This document shows positions 36,294 to 45,956 of a DNA stretch of 64,000 nucleotides, piece after piece; position 1 is the stretch's first letter; each line of letters starts with the position of its first letter. The notes under the pieces are model-generated. The model did not search any database. It had not been told where the DNA came from and saw nothing but the letters and a program-made list of their open reading frames with translations. Origin of the DNA: an uncultured Bacilli bacterium. GTDB taxonomy: Bacteria; Bacillota_I; Bacilli_A; RF39; UBA660. The stretch covers positions 4,473 to 68,472 of the forward strand of contig CAKPDM010000001.1 in the NCBI GenBank assembly GCA_934148995.1. Reading direction: 5' to 3'. The position numbers were made by a program, and so were the translations under genes.

Positions 36294-36979
36294 TTACTTA
36301 GCTTTTTTATCAACATTTACAAAAGTTAAATCATCTTCTGTTAATTCAACACTAATATTACTACTTGAAGAAATATTTAAAATCTCTTCTAAAGATTTTT
36401 GTGCCGATTTTACTACTTTTTTAATAGTATCCTTATCTTCCATTATGTACTCACTCGTATCATAAACTGTATCTTGGGCTTTTTCATTTAAAAACTCCTG
36501 CGCACTTTTTCCAGATGTTAACATATCAGCAGCTTTATCTAATAAACCATTAGAAGAATTAACTATTTCAACATCACCTTCTATCTGAGAATCAACATTA
36601 ACAGTTAAAGGCTTTCTAAAAGTCACTTTATTATCTTTAATAGATATATCATCTTTATCTATCTCATTTAAGACTAATTTAAATTCAGTTTTTACAGGAA
36701 TCTTCAACTCAATTCTCCTACTTGATACTAACTTTACTAATGGTTGAATCCAAGAAGGCCATTCTTTGGTTGCTTCTGGAGTAAATGTTTTTTAGCATTA
36801 GTATCAACTGTAGCATCAGCTACTACTAATTCGTTTTTCTCTGTAAACTTACTAATCACAAAATCATAAGTTTTTTCTAATTCTTTATTATGTTTATAAC
36901 TACGATAAATTGAAAAACCTCCCATAATAATTACTGCAATAATCATAAATGTTATTACATTTTGTACTACCCGCTTCAT
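36294..36979 (-). pseudogene. DUF4230-like membrane protein split by a 1-nt frameshift in a homopolymer
   Basis: An 80-aa ORF and a 137-aa ORF sit in different frames. Adding one A to the A6 run (T6 on plus, 36788-36793) joins them as ...NAKKTFTPEATKEWPSWIQPLVKLVSSRRIELKIPVKTEF... Confidence 0.6.
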
Positions 36980-37209
36980 ATACTCTCCTCACTTATATTT
37001 TTATTTCTCATATATATTCTATTCTTTAAAGTTTTAATTTTTCTATTAATAACCCCAAAATAAATATTCTTCTATATTATATAGCAAAAGGAAAGATAAA
37101 GCTATTTAATACGTAAAATTACTAAGTCTTTGACAGAAACTAACACTTGATAATTCAATACGACTAGACCAAAATCTAATTTCTTTTGTATAATTATAAT
37201 GGTGATAGT

Positions 37210-38754
37210 ATGAATAATAAAGAAAGATTAATGAATATAGTTAAGATTTTAAAAGATAATAACATTCTAAACGATAGAAGTCCTAAAAATGTAAAAAAAA
37301 CAATTGAAGACTTAGGTCCAACGTTCATCAAAATAGGTCAAATTTTATCCACAAGAGTTGATTTAATTCCAGATATTTATGCCAAAGAATTATCTAAATT
37401 AAGATCTAACGTAACTCCCCTTCCTTTTGAAGAAATAGAAAAAATCTTAAAGAAAGAATATAAGGATGTAAAAAGTGTCTTTTCACGTGTTAATGAAAGA
37501 CCAATCGGTTCCGCTTCAATCACTCAAGTTCATAAAGCTAGATTAAAAGATAATACCTATGTTGTCTTAAAAATTAAAAGACCACATATTGAAGAAGAAA
37601 TCAAACAAGATATTGAACTTTTAAAAGAAGCAGTAAAAATTCTTCATCTTAATCATTTTATAAAAATAATGGACTTGGAGTCAGTCTTAGATGAATTATA
37701 TCAATCAACAATGTTAGAACTTGATTTTGAAAAAGAGAAAGAAAATATGTTATTCTTTGAACAACATAATAAAAACGAAACATTTGTCGCCACACCTAAA
37801 GTAATAGAAAACTTATCTTCAAAGAATATTTTGGTAATGGAATACATCGACGGTATAATGGTTTCTAATATTGAAAAATTAGATAGTGAGGACTATAACA
37901 AAAGTTTAATAGCTAAAGAGTTAAGTAAGAATTATATCAAGCAAGCTTTAGATGATGGCTTGTTTCATGCCGACCCTCATCCAGATAATATTACTATTTA
38001 TAATAATAAAATATACTTTTTAGATTGGGGAATGGTAGGTACCCTAACAAAATTAAATCAAGCTTTGTTAAATAAATGTATGAAAGCCATTATTACTGAA
38101 GACTATCAAGAAGTAGCAAATTGTCTTTTATCTATGTCAATTAAAAAGAATGAAGTTAATCAAGCAAAGTTAGTAACTGATATTAAAAATATTTTAGAAG
38201 AATTTTCAAATATTGGTCTAGAAGAGATTGATACTAAAAAGTTTATAACTTCAATGTTTAAGATGTTACAAGAAAACAATTTAATCTTAGACCATAATGT
38301 TACAATGTTAATAAGAGGAATTGGTGTTATCGAAGGAGTATTAAATTCTCTTGACCCAACGATTAGTTTAACTAGTGTATTAAAAGATAAGGTCATTGAA
38401 AATGAGAAAAAGAATTTATTATCAGGAGAAACTCTAAAAAATATTGAAAAGAAAGTTTTACGCAGTAGTAAGAGTCTTATTAATATTCCAACAGAAACAG
38501 AAAGTCTTTTAAAATATATAAGGCAAGGAGATTTCAAGTTTAAGTTAGAGCTTAGTGACTCTAATAAACATATAGATAAGATAGAAAATTTATTACACGA
38601 GTTAATTCTTGGCTTTATTGATGGATGTTTAATTCTTGCCTATGGCTTTACAGAAAGTGAATTAGCTAAATATATAATTTTATTATTTATTATTGTATTA
38701 TCAGCTTGGTTATTTTTAAAAATGATTCTTGATTTATTACATAAAGGTTACTGA
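37210..38754 (+). CDS. ABC1/UbiB-family atypical kinase
   Basis: LGPTFIKIGQILSTRVDLIP, ASITQVHKA, HADPHPDNI motifs. The probable start at 37210 follows GGTGAT. Confidence 0.85.
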   Translation: MNNKERLMNIVKILKDNNILNDRSPKNVKKTIEDLGPTFIKIGQILSTRVDLIPDIYAKELSKLRSNVTPLPFEEIEKILKKEYKDVKSVFSRVNERPIGSASITQVHKARLKDNTYVVLKIKRPHIEEEIKQDIELLKEAVKILHLNHFIKIMDLESVLDELYQSTMLELDFEKEKENMLFFEQHNKNETFVATPKVIENLSSKNILVMEYIDGIMVSNIEKLDSEDYNKSLIAKELSKNYIKQALDDGLFHADPHPDNITIYNNKIYFLDWGMVGTLTKLNQALLNKCMKAIITEDYQEVANCLLSMSIKKNEVNQAKLVTDIKNILEEFSNIGLEEIDTKKFITSMFKMLQENNLILDHNVTMLIRGIGVIEGVLNSLDPTISLTSVLKDKVIENEKKNLLSGETLKNIEKKVLRSSKSLINIPTETESLLKYIRQGDFKFKLELSDSNKHIDKIENLLHELILGFIDGCLILAYGFTESELAKYIILLFIIVLSAWLFLKMILDLLHKGY

Positions 38755-39122
38755 TTATTAACTTCATTATATATATAAACCATTATTATATCTACTAAAT
38801 CACTTATTTCTTCTTTGGTTAGTTCCCTATTATCAGGTAAATGATACCACTTTTTAAGACACTGTCTACAACAAGTAGCAGTAGCATGTTCAGCAATAAA
38901 GACTGGATGTCCACGCATGGGTGTTTGCTTACCATCATTAGGAGTTGGATATGGTGCTAATCTTTTTGTTAGAAAATCAATAGCATGCGACTTAATTGCT
39001 GGATAACCTTTCTTCAATACGTATTCTTTATCTTTTTTAGATAGATGAAAAGTACTACGAAATTTTGATGACTTAAATCGTTCTAGTTTAATATCTATCT
39101 TTTTCTTTTCGCTCATTTTCAT
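38748..39122 (-). CDS. DUF4186-family protein
   Basis: RGHPVFIAEHATATCCRQCLKKWYHLP is the family-defining block as I recall it. The start at 39122 follows GAGGTG. Confidence 0.65.
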   Translation of the reverse strand: MKMSEKKKIDIKLERFKSSKFRSTFHLSKKDKEYVLKKGYPAIKSHAIDFLTKRLAPYPTPNDGKQTPMRGHPVFIAEHATATCCRQCLKKWYHLPDNRELTKEEISDLVDIIMVYIYNEVNNQ

Positions 39123-39141
39123 TTCAATCACCTCTTAAATT

Positions 39142-40674
39142 TTATAGCAATCTTTCAAATTTAACAAGTTTACTTCTCTTGTAATCTCGTTCTAATTCTT
39201 TAATAAAAATAGAATAATTAGTAGTTGGTACCATTAAGTAAGTAGTATTTTTTGTTCTAGTAATTGCTACATAAAAAAGTCTTCGCTCTTCAGCATAGGG
39301 ATAGTCTTCTTCTCTTTTGCTAACTAATCGCATTATTCTTTCCTCTTTGATTTTATTGGGAAAACCTAATGTATCATCTAGAAAATTAATAATAATGACA
39401 TCATCGGCTTCTAAGCCTTTAGATTTATGAATAGTTAGAAAAGTTATATCTAAATAGCTCTTTTTCTTATATATAACTTTATTATTTTTTAGTTCTAATT
39501 CTTCACTTAAAACACTATAAATATCATTATTATTTCTTCCTAAAATAAAGACTTTTTGAGAAGTGATACTATCTAATATTTTTAAAATAGCTGCTTTTTT
39601 GTTTTTATAGTAAATCACTCGTAGTGGATACTCTAAATGTTTTGAAGAAGTTAGTTTCTTTTTTAACTGATATTTATTTTTAAGTATAAATCTTCCTGCT
39701 ACTGTTATTAATTCTTGGCTGTTACGATAAGTAGTAGTTATTTTGTGAGTTACACTATTTGGAAAGTAAGTAGGAAAATTATAGAATAATGATATATCAC
39801 AACCACTAAAGCGATAAATCGATTGAAAGTCATCTCCTACTACCATTAAAGAACAGTTCTTTCGTTCCACTAGTTCTTTGATAAGTAAGAAACGAACGTA
39901 AGACGTATCTTGATATTCATCAATGATAATATATGATATCCTTTTAGAATAATTTTTCACTTTTTCCCTAGCTACAAATAATAAATCATCAAAATCAAGC
40001 TCCTTTTCTGCTTGCTTTTCTTTTTCATACAATAAATATATATTAAATGCTAACAAAAGAAAATATTTCTCTTTTAAATAAGTTATTGGTAAGAGATAAC
40101 TTTTTATCTCGTGGAAAAAATCTTTAAAATCTTCTAGTTTATAACTACCACACTTAAATAATCTAATAAATGTTATTAACTCTCTCTTTAAGATTTCCAC
40201 TTCTTTTCTCTTATTAACTAGCAATCTTTTGTAGTTTTCCACAGGCTTTGTGGAAAAAAAGTTATTAAAGTATTTTAAAACAACCTTCAATAGGTAATTC
40301 GAATTAAATATTTCTACATTAAAAAAGTTTTCCACAATCATTGTTAATAATTCATCATCAGCAAGAGAATAGTTTTCTTTAGAATCACTTATTATTTCCA
40401 TAGCTAGTTTATGAAAAGTGTAACATTTTATTTCTTTATTAAGTTCTATTCTTATCCTCTCTTTTAAGCTTTCTACCGCCATATTTGTGAAAGTAATACA
40501 GATTATTTCGTCTTCCTTAATATGTTTATTTTCAATTAAATACTTAATTTTTCCTACGATAGTTAATGTCTTACCACTTCCTGCTCCTGCCAAAACGAAT
40601 AAGTATTTACTATCATCTTTTACTACTTTTGTTTGTTCATTATCTAGTTCATAATTAAGTACTTTGAAATTCAT
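39142..40674 (-). CDS. UvrD/Rep-family (SF1) helicase, short form
   Basis: 510 aa. Walker A AGAGSGKT, motif II IIIDEYQDTS, later VGDDFQSIY and TIHKSKGLEADDVI. Confidence 0.8.
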   Translation of the reverse strand: MNFKVLNYELDNEQTKVVKDDSKYLFVLAGAGSGKTLTIVGKIKYLIENKHIKEDEIICITFTNMAVESLKERIRIELNKEIKCYTFHKLAMEIISDSKENYSLADDELLTMIVENFFNVEIFNSNYLLKVVLKYFNNFFSTKPVENYKRLLVNKRKEVEILKRELITFIRLFKCGSYKLEDFKDFFHEIKSYLLPITYLKEKYFLLLAFNIYLLYEKEKQAEKELDFDDLLFVAREKVKNYSKRISYIIIDEYQDTSYVRFLLIKELVERKNCSLMVVGDDFQSIYRFSGCDISLFYNFPTYFPNSVTHKITTTYRNSQELITVAGRFILKNKYQLKKKLTSSKHLEYPLRVIYYKNKKAAILKILDSITSQKVFILGRNNNDIYSVLSEELELKNNKVIYKKKSYLDITFLTIHKSKGLEADDVIIINFLDDTLGFPNKIKEERIMRLVSKREEDYPYAEERRLFYVAITRTKNTTYLMVPTTNYSIFIKELERDYKRSKLVKFERLL

Positions 40675-40850
40675 TTTTCCACCTCGTCCCTAATTATAAC
40701 TAGTCATAAACTAATATGCAAATCGGAGATTTTGCATTTTCCACAGTTTTTTATCCGAAATTTGCTTTTTTCCACAGGTAATTGTGCAAAATCACCCCAC
40801 TTTTATAGCTGAATTTGCAAAATTGCCCATTCTAAAAAAAGTTTTCCACA
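40110..40850. repeat. Cluster of DnaA-box-type 9-mers (TTTTCCACA)
   Basis: Perfect copies on plus at 40235, 40328, 40737, 40768 and 40842, and on minus at 40249-40257. The last forms the palindrome TTTTCCACAGGCTTTGTGGAAAA. One-mismatch copies at 40110-40118(-), 40675-40683(+) and 40783-40791(-). Confidence 0.6.
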
Positions 40851-40873
40851 TATTCTACTAATAGAGGTGTAAT

Positions 40874-41671
40874 ATGATTAATGAATTTAATAATTTATCT
40901 TATGTTTGGCAAGCACTAATCGCTAGTATATTCACTTGGGGAGTAACTGCACTTGGTGCAAGTATTGTTTTTTTCTTTAAAAAAGTCAATAAAACAGTAA
41001 TGGATGCTATGCTTGGTTTTTCTGCAGGAGTAATGATTTCTGCTAGTTTCTTTAGTTTAATATCACCTGCTTTAGAAATGACAAAAACCTTAAAAATGAA
41101 TGGTCCCCTTATTATATCGGTTGGTTTTCTTCTAGGAGGAATATTACTCTTTATTGGTGATAAAATTTATGACTTAATAGATAAAAAGAAAGATACTAAT
41201 ACTAAAAGTAGAAAACGATGTTTTATGTTAATTTCTTCGATAACGCTTCATAATATTCCAGAAGGCCTAGCAATTGGCGTTGCTTTTGGAAGTTTAGCTT
41301 ACAACTTGCCTGGTACTACTTTATTGTCAGCTTTTACTTTAGCTTTAGGTATTGGTCTACAAAATTTTCCAGAAGGAAGTTCTGTTAGTTTACCTTTAAG
41401 AAGAGAAGGTTATAGTAGAAAGAAAGCTTTCTTTTATGGTCAATTATCTGGGATAGTAGAACCAATTTCAGCAGTTATTGGAGCTTTACTTGTGCTAAGT
41501 ATTAAAACAATCTTGCCATTTTTACTTGCTTTCGCAGCAGGTGCAATGATTTATGTTGTAGTAGAAGAATTAATACCAGAAAGTCAAACCAATCAAAAAA
41601 AGGACCTAATGGCCTTCTTTACATTATTTGGTTTTGTTCTAATGATGATTCTAGATATAACTCTAGGTTAA
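40874..41671 (+). CDS. ZIP-family metal (zinc) transporter
   Basis: 265 aa, multi-TM, with the HNIPEGLAIGVAF signature. Confidence 0.85.
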   Translation: MINEFNNLSYVWQALIASIFTWGVTALGASIVFFFKKVNKTVMDAMLGFSAGVMISASFFSLISPALEMTKTLKMNGPLIISVGFLLGGILLFIGDKIYDLIDKKKDTNTKSRKRCFMLISSITLHNIPEGLAIGVAFGSLAYNLPGTTLLSAFTLALGIGLQNFPEGSSVSLPLRREGYSRKKAFFYGQLSGIVEPISAVIGALLVLSIKTILPFLLAFAAGAMIYVVVEELIPESQTNQKKDLMAFFTLFGFVLMMILDITLG

Positions 41672-42334
41672 TTATTCAATATATAACTTCTCATTTTCGT
41701 TAAGTTCTATTGCGTATAAACCACTTTTCTTACAAGTAAATATTAATTCTAATTTACTACTATTAGTTTCATCTGGTGATGGAACTTCTTTTTCTTTGTC
41801 ATCATCATCATTTTTTAGTACTTCTTCTATTTTTCTAAAAGTATAACCCTTACTATCTACTATCTTAATTGTATCATCTATCCATAAACATTCCGTTGGT
41901 TTCTTTGGATTATTAATCGACCAATATCCAGCACTATTTTTATGCCAGCCACTACCTGTAAACTTACCTTTTCCACATTCCATATGAACATGATTACCAG
42001 TGGCGTTTCCTTTTGTTCCCTCTTCGTAAAATCTAGTTCCTTTTGGAATAACCTGTCCAACTTTTAAATTAGAAACATCATTATCATGCGCAAACATCAT
42101 GGTCATATAATCAATCGTACCGTCTGGATATTCTACTTGCTCAACACTTTCAAACCAAACTTCATTTGCATCATTAGGATAGATTTTTTTAATTACTCCG
42201 GTGAAAGGGGCTAAAATGAAATCAATTCCAGAATCACTACCAGCTTCATCAATAGCATAACTATCAAGATGTGTTCCCACATTATAGCCTTGAGTTATTC
42301 GCATATAAGGACTAGGATAAAGTGGTTTTTCCAT
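41672..42334 (-). CDS. M23-family peptidoglycan metallopeptidase (lysin-like)
   Basis: GTHLDSYAID and GNATGNHVHME match the M23 HxxxD / HxH zinc motifs. No signal peptide. Its start overlaps the stop of the holin-like gene. Confidence 0.7.
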   Translation of the reverse strand: MEKPLYPSPYMRITQGYNVGTHLDSYAIDEAGSDSGIDFILAPFTGVIKKIYPNDANEVWFESVEQVEYPDGTIDYMTMMFAHDNDVSNLKVGQVIPKGTRFYEEGTKGNATGNHVHMECGKGKFTGSGWHKNSAGYWSINNPKKPTECLWIDDTIKIVDSKGYTFRKIEEVLKNDDDDKEKEVPSPDETNSSKLELIFTCKKSGLYAIELNENEKLYIE

Positions 42335-42672
42335 TATTTACTACTCCTTTTTATAATATTTTCTTTTTCAATAGTTACTGTTTCACTTCGTGTTAATTCA
42401 CTATACGATTTAAGTTTTCCCTCTAAAGATTTATAAATTGTATCAGCACCAATAAAGCTAAAAAAACCGACCCATAAACTTTCTGGAAAAGTGATTGAAG
42501 TAAATGTAATACAGAAAAGTATACCTAAGACTAGGTTAACAATAAAGCTATAAAGACATAAATGTGCCGAACACTTAAAACATCTCTTTGTCTTTTGTAC
42601 CAAAGCACAAGTTACTGCACTAAGAGCAATAGAAACTATTAACATTTCCTGCAAAATACTTAATTTTAACAA
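42334..42672 (-). CDS. Holin-like small membrane protein
   Basis: 112 aa (TTG start after GGAGGA). Hydrophobic segments plus a charged C-terminal tail. Directly coupled to the M23 gene. Confidence 0.45.
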   Translation of the reverse strand: MLKLSILQEMLIVSIALSAVTCALVQKTKRCFKCSAHLCLYSFIVNLVLGILFCITFTSITFPESLWVGFFSFIGADTIYKSLEGKLKSYSELTRSETVTIEKENIIKRSSK

Positions 42673-42720
42673 AAGAACATTCCTCCCTCTAACGTAATGT
42701 ATGCAAAAAGAAAAAAAATG

Positions 42721-43392
42721 CTACAAAGAAATAAGCATTTTTAGTAATAAAAGATGAAGTGGATAATATAAATAAAAGAAATATTTAATCTTCCGACCAC
42801 GTTTACCATTATAAAAATAAAGAAAGATGAAAGCTACAATACTATACAGTTGAATATCATTTGTTTCTAAGAATAATACTACTAAAAGATAAAGTATAAA
42901 TGATAAAAATATATTAGGTGATAAATAAAAAACAAAAATCGTTGTTATTCCTAATACGGTATAATCTACATTCAAAAAGACTGCTAATATGGAAAATAAG
43001 ATATAAAAGAGACTATAAAAAACTGTTTTATAAAGATAAGATTCTAATCCTTTATTATATTTATCAATAATTTTTTTACCACCTTCTATTATCATCAGTA
43101 AAAGAAAGCCTAGTGAAAAAGTAAATAAAATATTTAAAGTATTACTCTTAAATACATAATCATAAATCGGTTGTGTAATAAAAGCAAAAATAATTAATCT
43201 TAAAAAATATTTCAGACGATTACTACTATTTTTAAAGCCTTCTACCAGTAAAAAAGCAAATATTGGAAAACTAATTCTTCCAATAATTCTAAAAATATCT
43301 ATATCATTATAAATGATTGCTCCAATATGGTCAATTGTCATAGTAATGATTGCAATCAGTTTTAAGTCAAAATTAGTCAGATACTTCTTCAT
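42721..43392 (-). CDS. TraX-family membrane protein
   Basis: 223 aa. The N-terminal LKLIAIITMTIDHIG block is typical of TraX. Polytopic. Confidence 0.7.
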   Translation of the reverse strand: MKKYLTNFDLKLIAIITMTIDHIGAIIYNDIDIFRIIGRISFPIFAFLLVEGFKNSSNRLKYFLRLIIFAFITQPIYDYVFKSNTLNILFTFSLGFLLLMIIEGGKKIIDKYNKGLESYLYKTVFYSLFYILFSILAVFLNVDYTVLGITTIFVFYLSPNIFLSFILYLLVVLFLETNDIQLYSIVAFIFLYFYNGKRGRKIKYFFYLYYPLHLLLLKMLISL

Positions 43393-43449
43393 TTTTCCTC
43401 CAAAAAAACAAAACCTCGAAAATATATATTTTCGAGGAATAGAAACAAA

Positions 43450-43872
43450 TTAACGTTTTGAGAATTGTGGTGCACGACGTGCTTTTTTAAGTCCTGGTTT
43501 CTTACGTTCCTTCTTACGTGGATCTCTTGTAATAAATCCTTCTTTTTTAAGAATTTTACGGAAGCTATTTTCTGCATCAGCTGGAGTTGCAGCATCATAA
43601 ATTAATAATGCCTTAGTAATACCATGTCTTACTGCTCCTGCTTGTCCAGAACATCCACCACCAGATACATTAGCTGTTACATCAAACATATCTCTTGTAT
43701 CAGTAACATCAAGTGGTTGAGTTAAATCCATTACCATAGTCTTGTGTGGGAAATACTCATTTACGTCACGACCATTGATAGTGATTTTACCAGTTCCTTT
43801 TGTAAGAGTTACACGAGCAACTGATGTTTTTCTTCTACCTGTTCCAGTATATACTTGTTTTTCTTTTGCCAT
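43450..43872 (-). CDS. rpsI: 30S ribosomal protein S9
   Basis: [14 protein letters not shown] ... [19 protein letters not shown] ... C-terminal RKKERKK...SKR. Confidence 0.95.
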   Translation of the reverse strand: MAKEKQVYTGTGRRKTSVARVTLTKGTGKITINGRDVNEYFPHKTMVMDLTQPLDVTDTRDMFDVTANVSGGGCSGQAGAVRHGITKALLIYDAATPADAENSFRKILKKEGFITRDPRKKERKKPGLKKARRAPQFSKR

Positions 43873-43884
43873 AACTTAACCTCC

Positions 43885-44313
43885 TTAAATATCCATTTCT
43901 TCTGGTTTTTGAGCCATATGAGGATGATTTTCACCTGCATATACAAATAATTTTTTGTACATACTACGTCCTAAACGATTCTTAGGTAACATTCCTTTAA
44001 CAGCTTTTTCTACCATTTCTTCAGGATAACGTTCTACCATTTCTTTAGCAGTACGAATTCTTAAACCACCTGGGTATTGAGAGTGATTGTAATACTTTTT
44101 GTCTTCCATTTTGTTACCTGTTAATAATACTTTAGAAGCATTAACAATGATAACATAATCACCACAATCAACATGAGGTGTATAAGTAGGTTTGTGTTTA
44201 CCACGAAGTACAACGGCTGCTTTACTAGCAACACGTCCTAAAGGTTTTCCTTCAGCGTCAATTAAATACCAATTTCTTGTAACTGTTTCCTTTTTTTGCA
44301 TATAACTATTCAT
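43885..44313 (-). CDS. rplM: 50S ribosomal protein L13
   Basis: [35 protein letters not shown] pattern. AAGGAG Shine-Dalgarno. Confidence 0.95.
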   Translation of the reverse strand: MNSYMQKKETVTRNWYLIDAEGKPLGRVASKAAVVLRGKHKPTYTPHVDCGDYVIIVNASKVLLTGNKMEDKKYYNHSQYPGGLRIRTAKEMVERYPEEMVEKAVKGMLPKNRLGRSMYKKLFVYAGENHPHMAQKPEEMDI

Positions 44314-44395
44314 AATTTTTCTCCTTTACTTAAACCGAACGTTCCCACCGTTCAATTTATGTGGGGATTTAAATGTACCGATTAAAATTATACCA
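44314..44395 (-). promoter_or_regulatory. rplM promoter and structured leader (L13-leader-like)
   Basis: Minus strand TGgTATAAT (44395-44387). The leader has paired segments CCCAC/GTGGG and GAACG/CGTTC just before the Shine-Dalgarno. Confidence 0.4.
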
Positions 44396-44410
44396 TAATC
44401 TTTATATTTG

Positions 44411-45157
44411 TCAACTTCTTAGCTTAATATTTTTCAAATAAAGTCCCTCTGCTTTAGCAGTTGTTCCATGTTTTCCCCTTATTTTACTATCTAGAATTTC
44501 CTTTACTAAAGTTTTATCTATTTTACCAGTACCAACTTTGATTAAAATTCCAACCATATTTCTTACTTGATATCTTAAAAAACCATTACCAACAAAGGTA
44601 AATATAATCTCATCTTGATAGTAATCATCTTTTCTAATACTAGCTTTTGTTATCGTTCTAACACAATTATCTTTAATACTATTTTCTGTCACAAAAGCCC
44701 TAAAATCGTGAGTTCCCACAAAATACTTTATCGCTTCCTCCATCGCTTCTAAATTAAGTGGATAGTTATGTTGATAACAATAGTTTCTTCTTAGTGGATT
44801 ATATTCCCCCATATTTAAATGATATTCATAAGTCTTCTCTTCAACAAAATATCTTGCATGAAAATCAGCCCTCACTATTTCTGCTTTAAAAACATGAATA
44901 TCACAAGGTAAATATCTATTCATTGCTCTTTTAAGTTGCTTTTCACTGATTGTTACTTCCATATCTAAATGAGCAACTTGGTGATAGGCATGTACTCCTT
45001 TATCAGTTCTTCCACTAGCAGTTATTTTTACTTTCTTACCATCATTTATTTTTGTAGCAGCTTGTTCTAACTCTTCTTGAATAGTTCTATACCCCGGTTG
45101 AGTCTGATAACCATGAAACATACTACCATCATAAGAAAAATGTATTAAAAATCTCAT
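44411..45157 (-). CDS. truA: tRNA pseudouridine(38-40) synthase
   Basis: 248 aa. YDGSMFHGYQ.QP and SGRTDKGVHA catalytic-Asp motif. Confidence 0.92.
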   Translation of the reverse strand: MRFLIHFSYDGSMFHGYQTQPGYRTIQEELEQAATKINDGKKVKITASGRTDKGVHAYHQVAHLDMEVTISEKQLKRAMNRYLPCDIHVFKAEIVRADFHARYFVEEKTYEYHLNMGEYNPLRRNYCYQHNYPLNLEAMEEAIKYFVGTHDFRAFVTENSIKDNCVRTITKASIRKDDYYQDEIIFTFVGNGFLRYQVRNMVGILIKVGTGKIDKTLVKEILDSKIRGKHGTTAKAEGLYLKNIKLRS

Positions 45158-45158
45158 T

Positions 45159-45956
45159 CTACTTAACCTCTCTATATATATCTTTCATTAAATCTTTTAT
45201 ATCTTTTCTATGGTCTAATTTTATCTTTTTCATTTTTTCTACTAATTTTATAAATGATACTATCTTAGGTAATTCATAACCTAATTCTTTCTCATTAAAT
45301 AGGTAATAGTAAATACTCTCTGTAAGTCCTTCTTGGTATAGCTTTCCATCTTTCAATATTACTAAATATCTAGTTATTTCATACAGTAAATCTTGATTAT
45401 CACTAGTAATTATTATCGTCTTATGAAATTTATCTTTAAGACGTTCTAATATTCTAATTAATTTTGCTTTTTCTTTCTCATCAAAGTAAATAAAGGGATT
45501 TTCAAGAAGTAATATTTCTGGATTATATAAGAAAGCAAGAGATAGTTGAAACCACTTCTTTTCACTAGATGATAAAGTAGTAATTGTTCTTTTTAGTAAT
45601 GACTTATCAAGTCCTACTATCTTTAAAGCTCCTACTACTTTTTCATCTATATTAACTATTTTTGAGGAATTAGAAAGAATAAAGTATCTTAAATATTCTT
45701 CTACAGTATACAAAGGATACTCTAAATTAAATTCTAATGGTACATAATAAATCTTACTTTTATAATAATCTTGCTTTTTTTTGGTAACTCTTTCTTTATC
45801 AAAATATATATTTCCACTAAATTCGTTAGAAAAAGAAATAACTTTCAGTATTTCTTCTTGATTAGTACCTGTTACACCGGTTATTACTGATGAAGGTATG
45901 TTAATAGAAACATCATTTAATTTAGCTGTTTTAATATGCGAAAGTTTTATTTCCAT
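45159..45956 (-). CDS. EcfA-like ABC ATPase paralog with degenerate catalytic motifs
   Basis: The Walker A position reads GVTGTNQEE (no Lys), the signature LSSSEK, and Walker B ILLLENP (no Asp-Glu). It sits where ecfA' is normally found, upstream of truA. Confidence 0.55.
   Translation of the reverse strand: MEIKLSHIKTAKLNDVSINIPSSVITGVTGTNQEEILKVISFSNEFSGNIYFDKERVTKKKQDYYKSKIYYVPLEFNLEYPLYTVEEYLRYFILSNSSKIVNIDEKVVGALKIVGLDKSLLKRTITTLSSSEKKWFQLSLAFLYNPEILLLENPFIYFDEKEKAKLIRILERLKDKFHKTIIITSDNQDLLYEITRYLVILKDGKLYQEGLTESIYYYLFNEKELGYELPKIVSFIKLVEKMKKIKLDHRKDIKDLMKDIYREVK

Noticed and set aside
40110-40850. Interpreting the DnaA-box cluster as the chromosomal origin oriC
   Set aside because: There is no dnaA or dnaN nearby and no switch of predominant gene orientation at this point. 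Half of the boxes lie inside a coding sequence. A secondary box cluster or another regulator's sites is more conservative.
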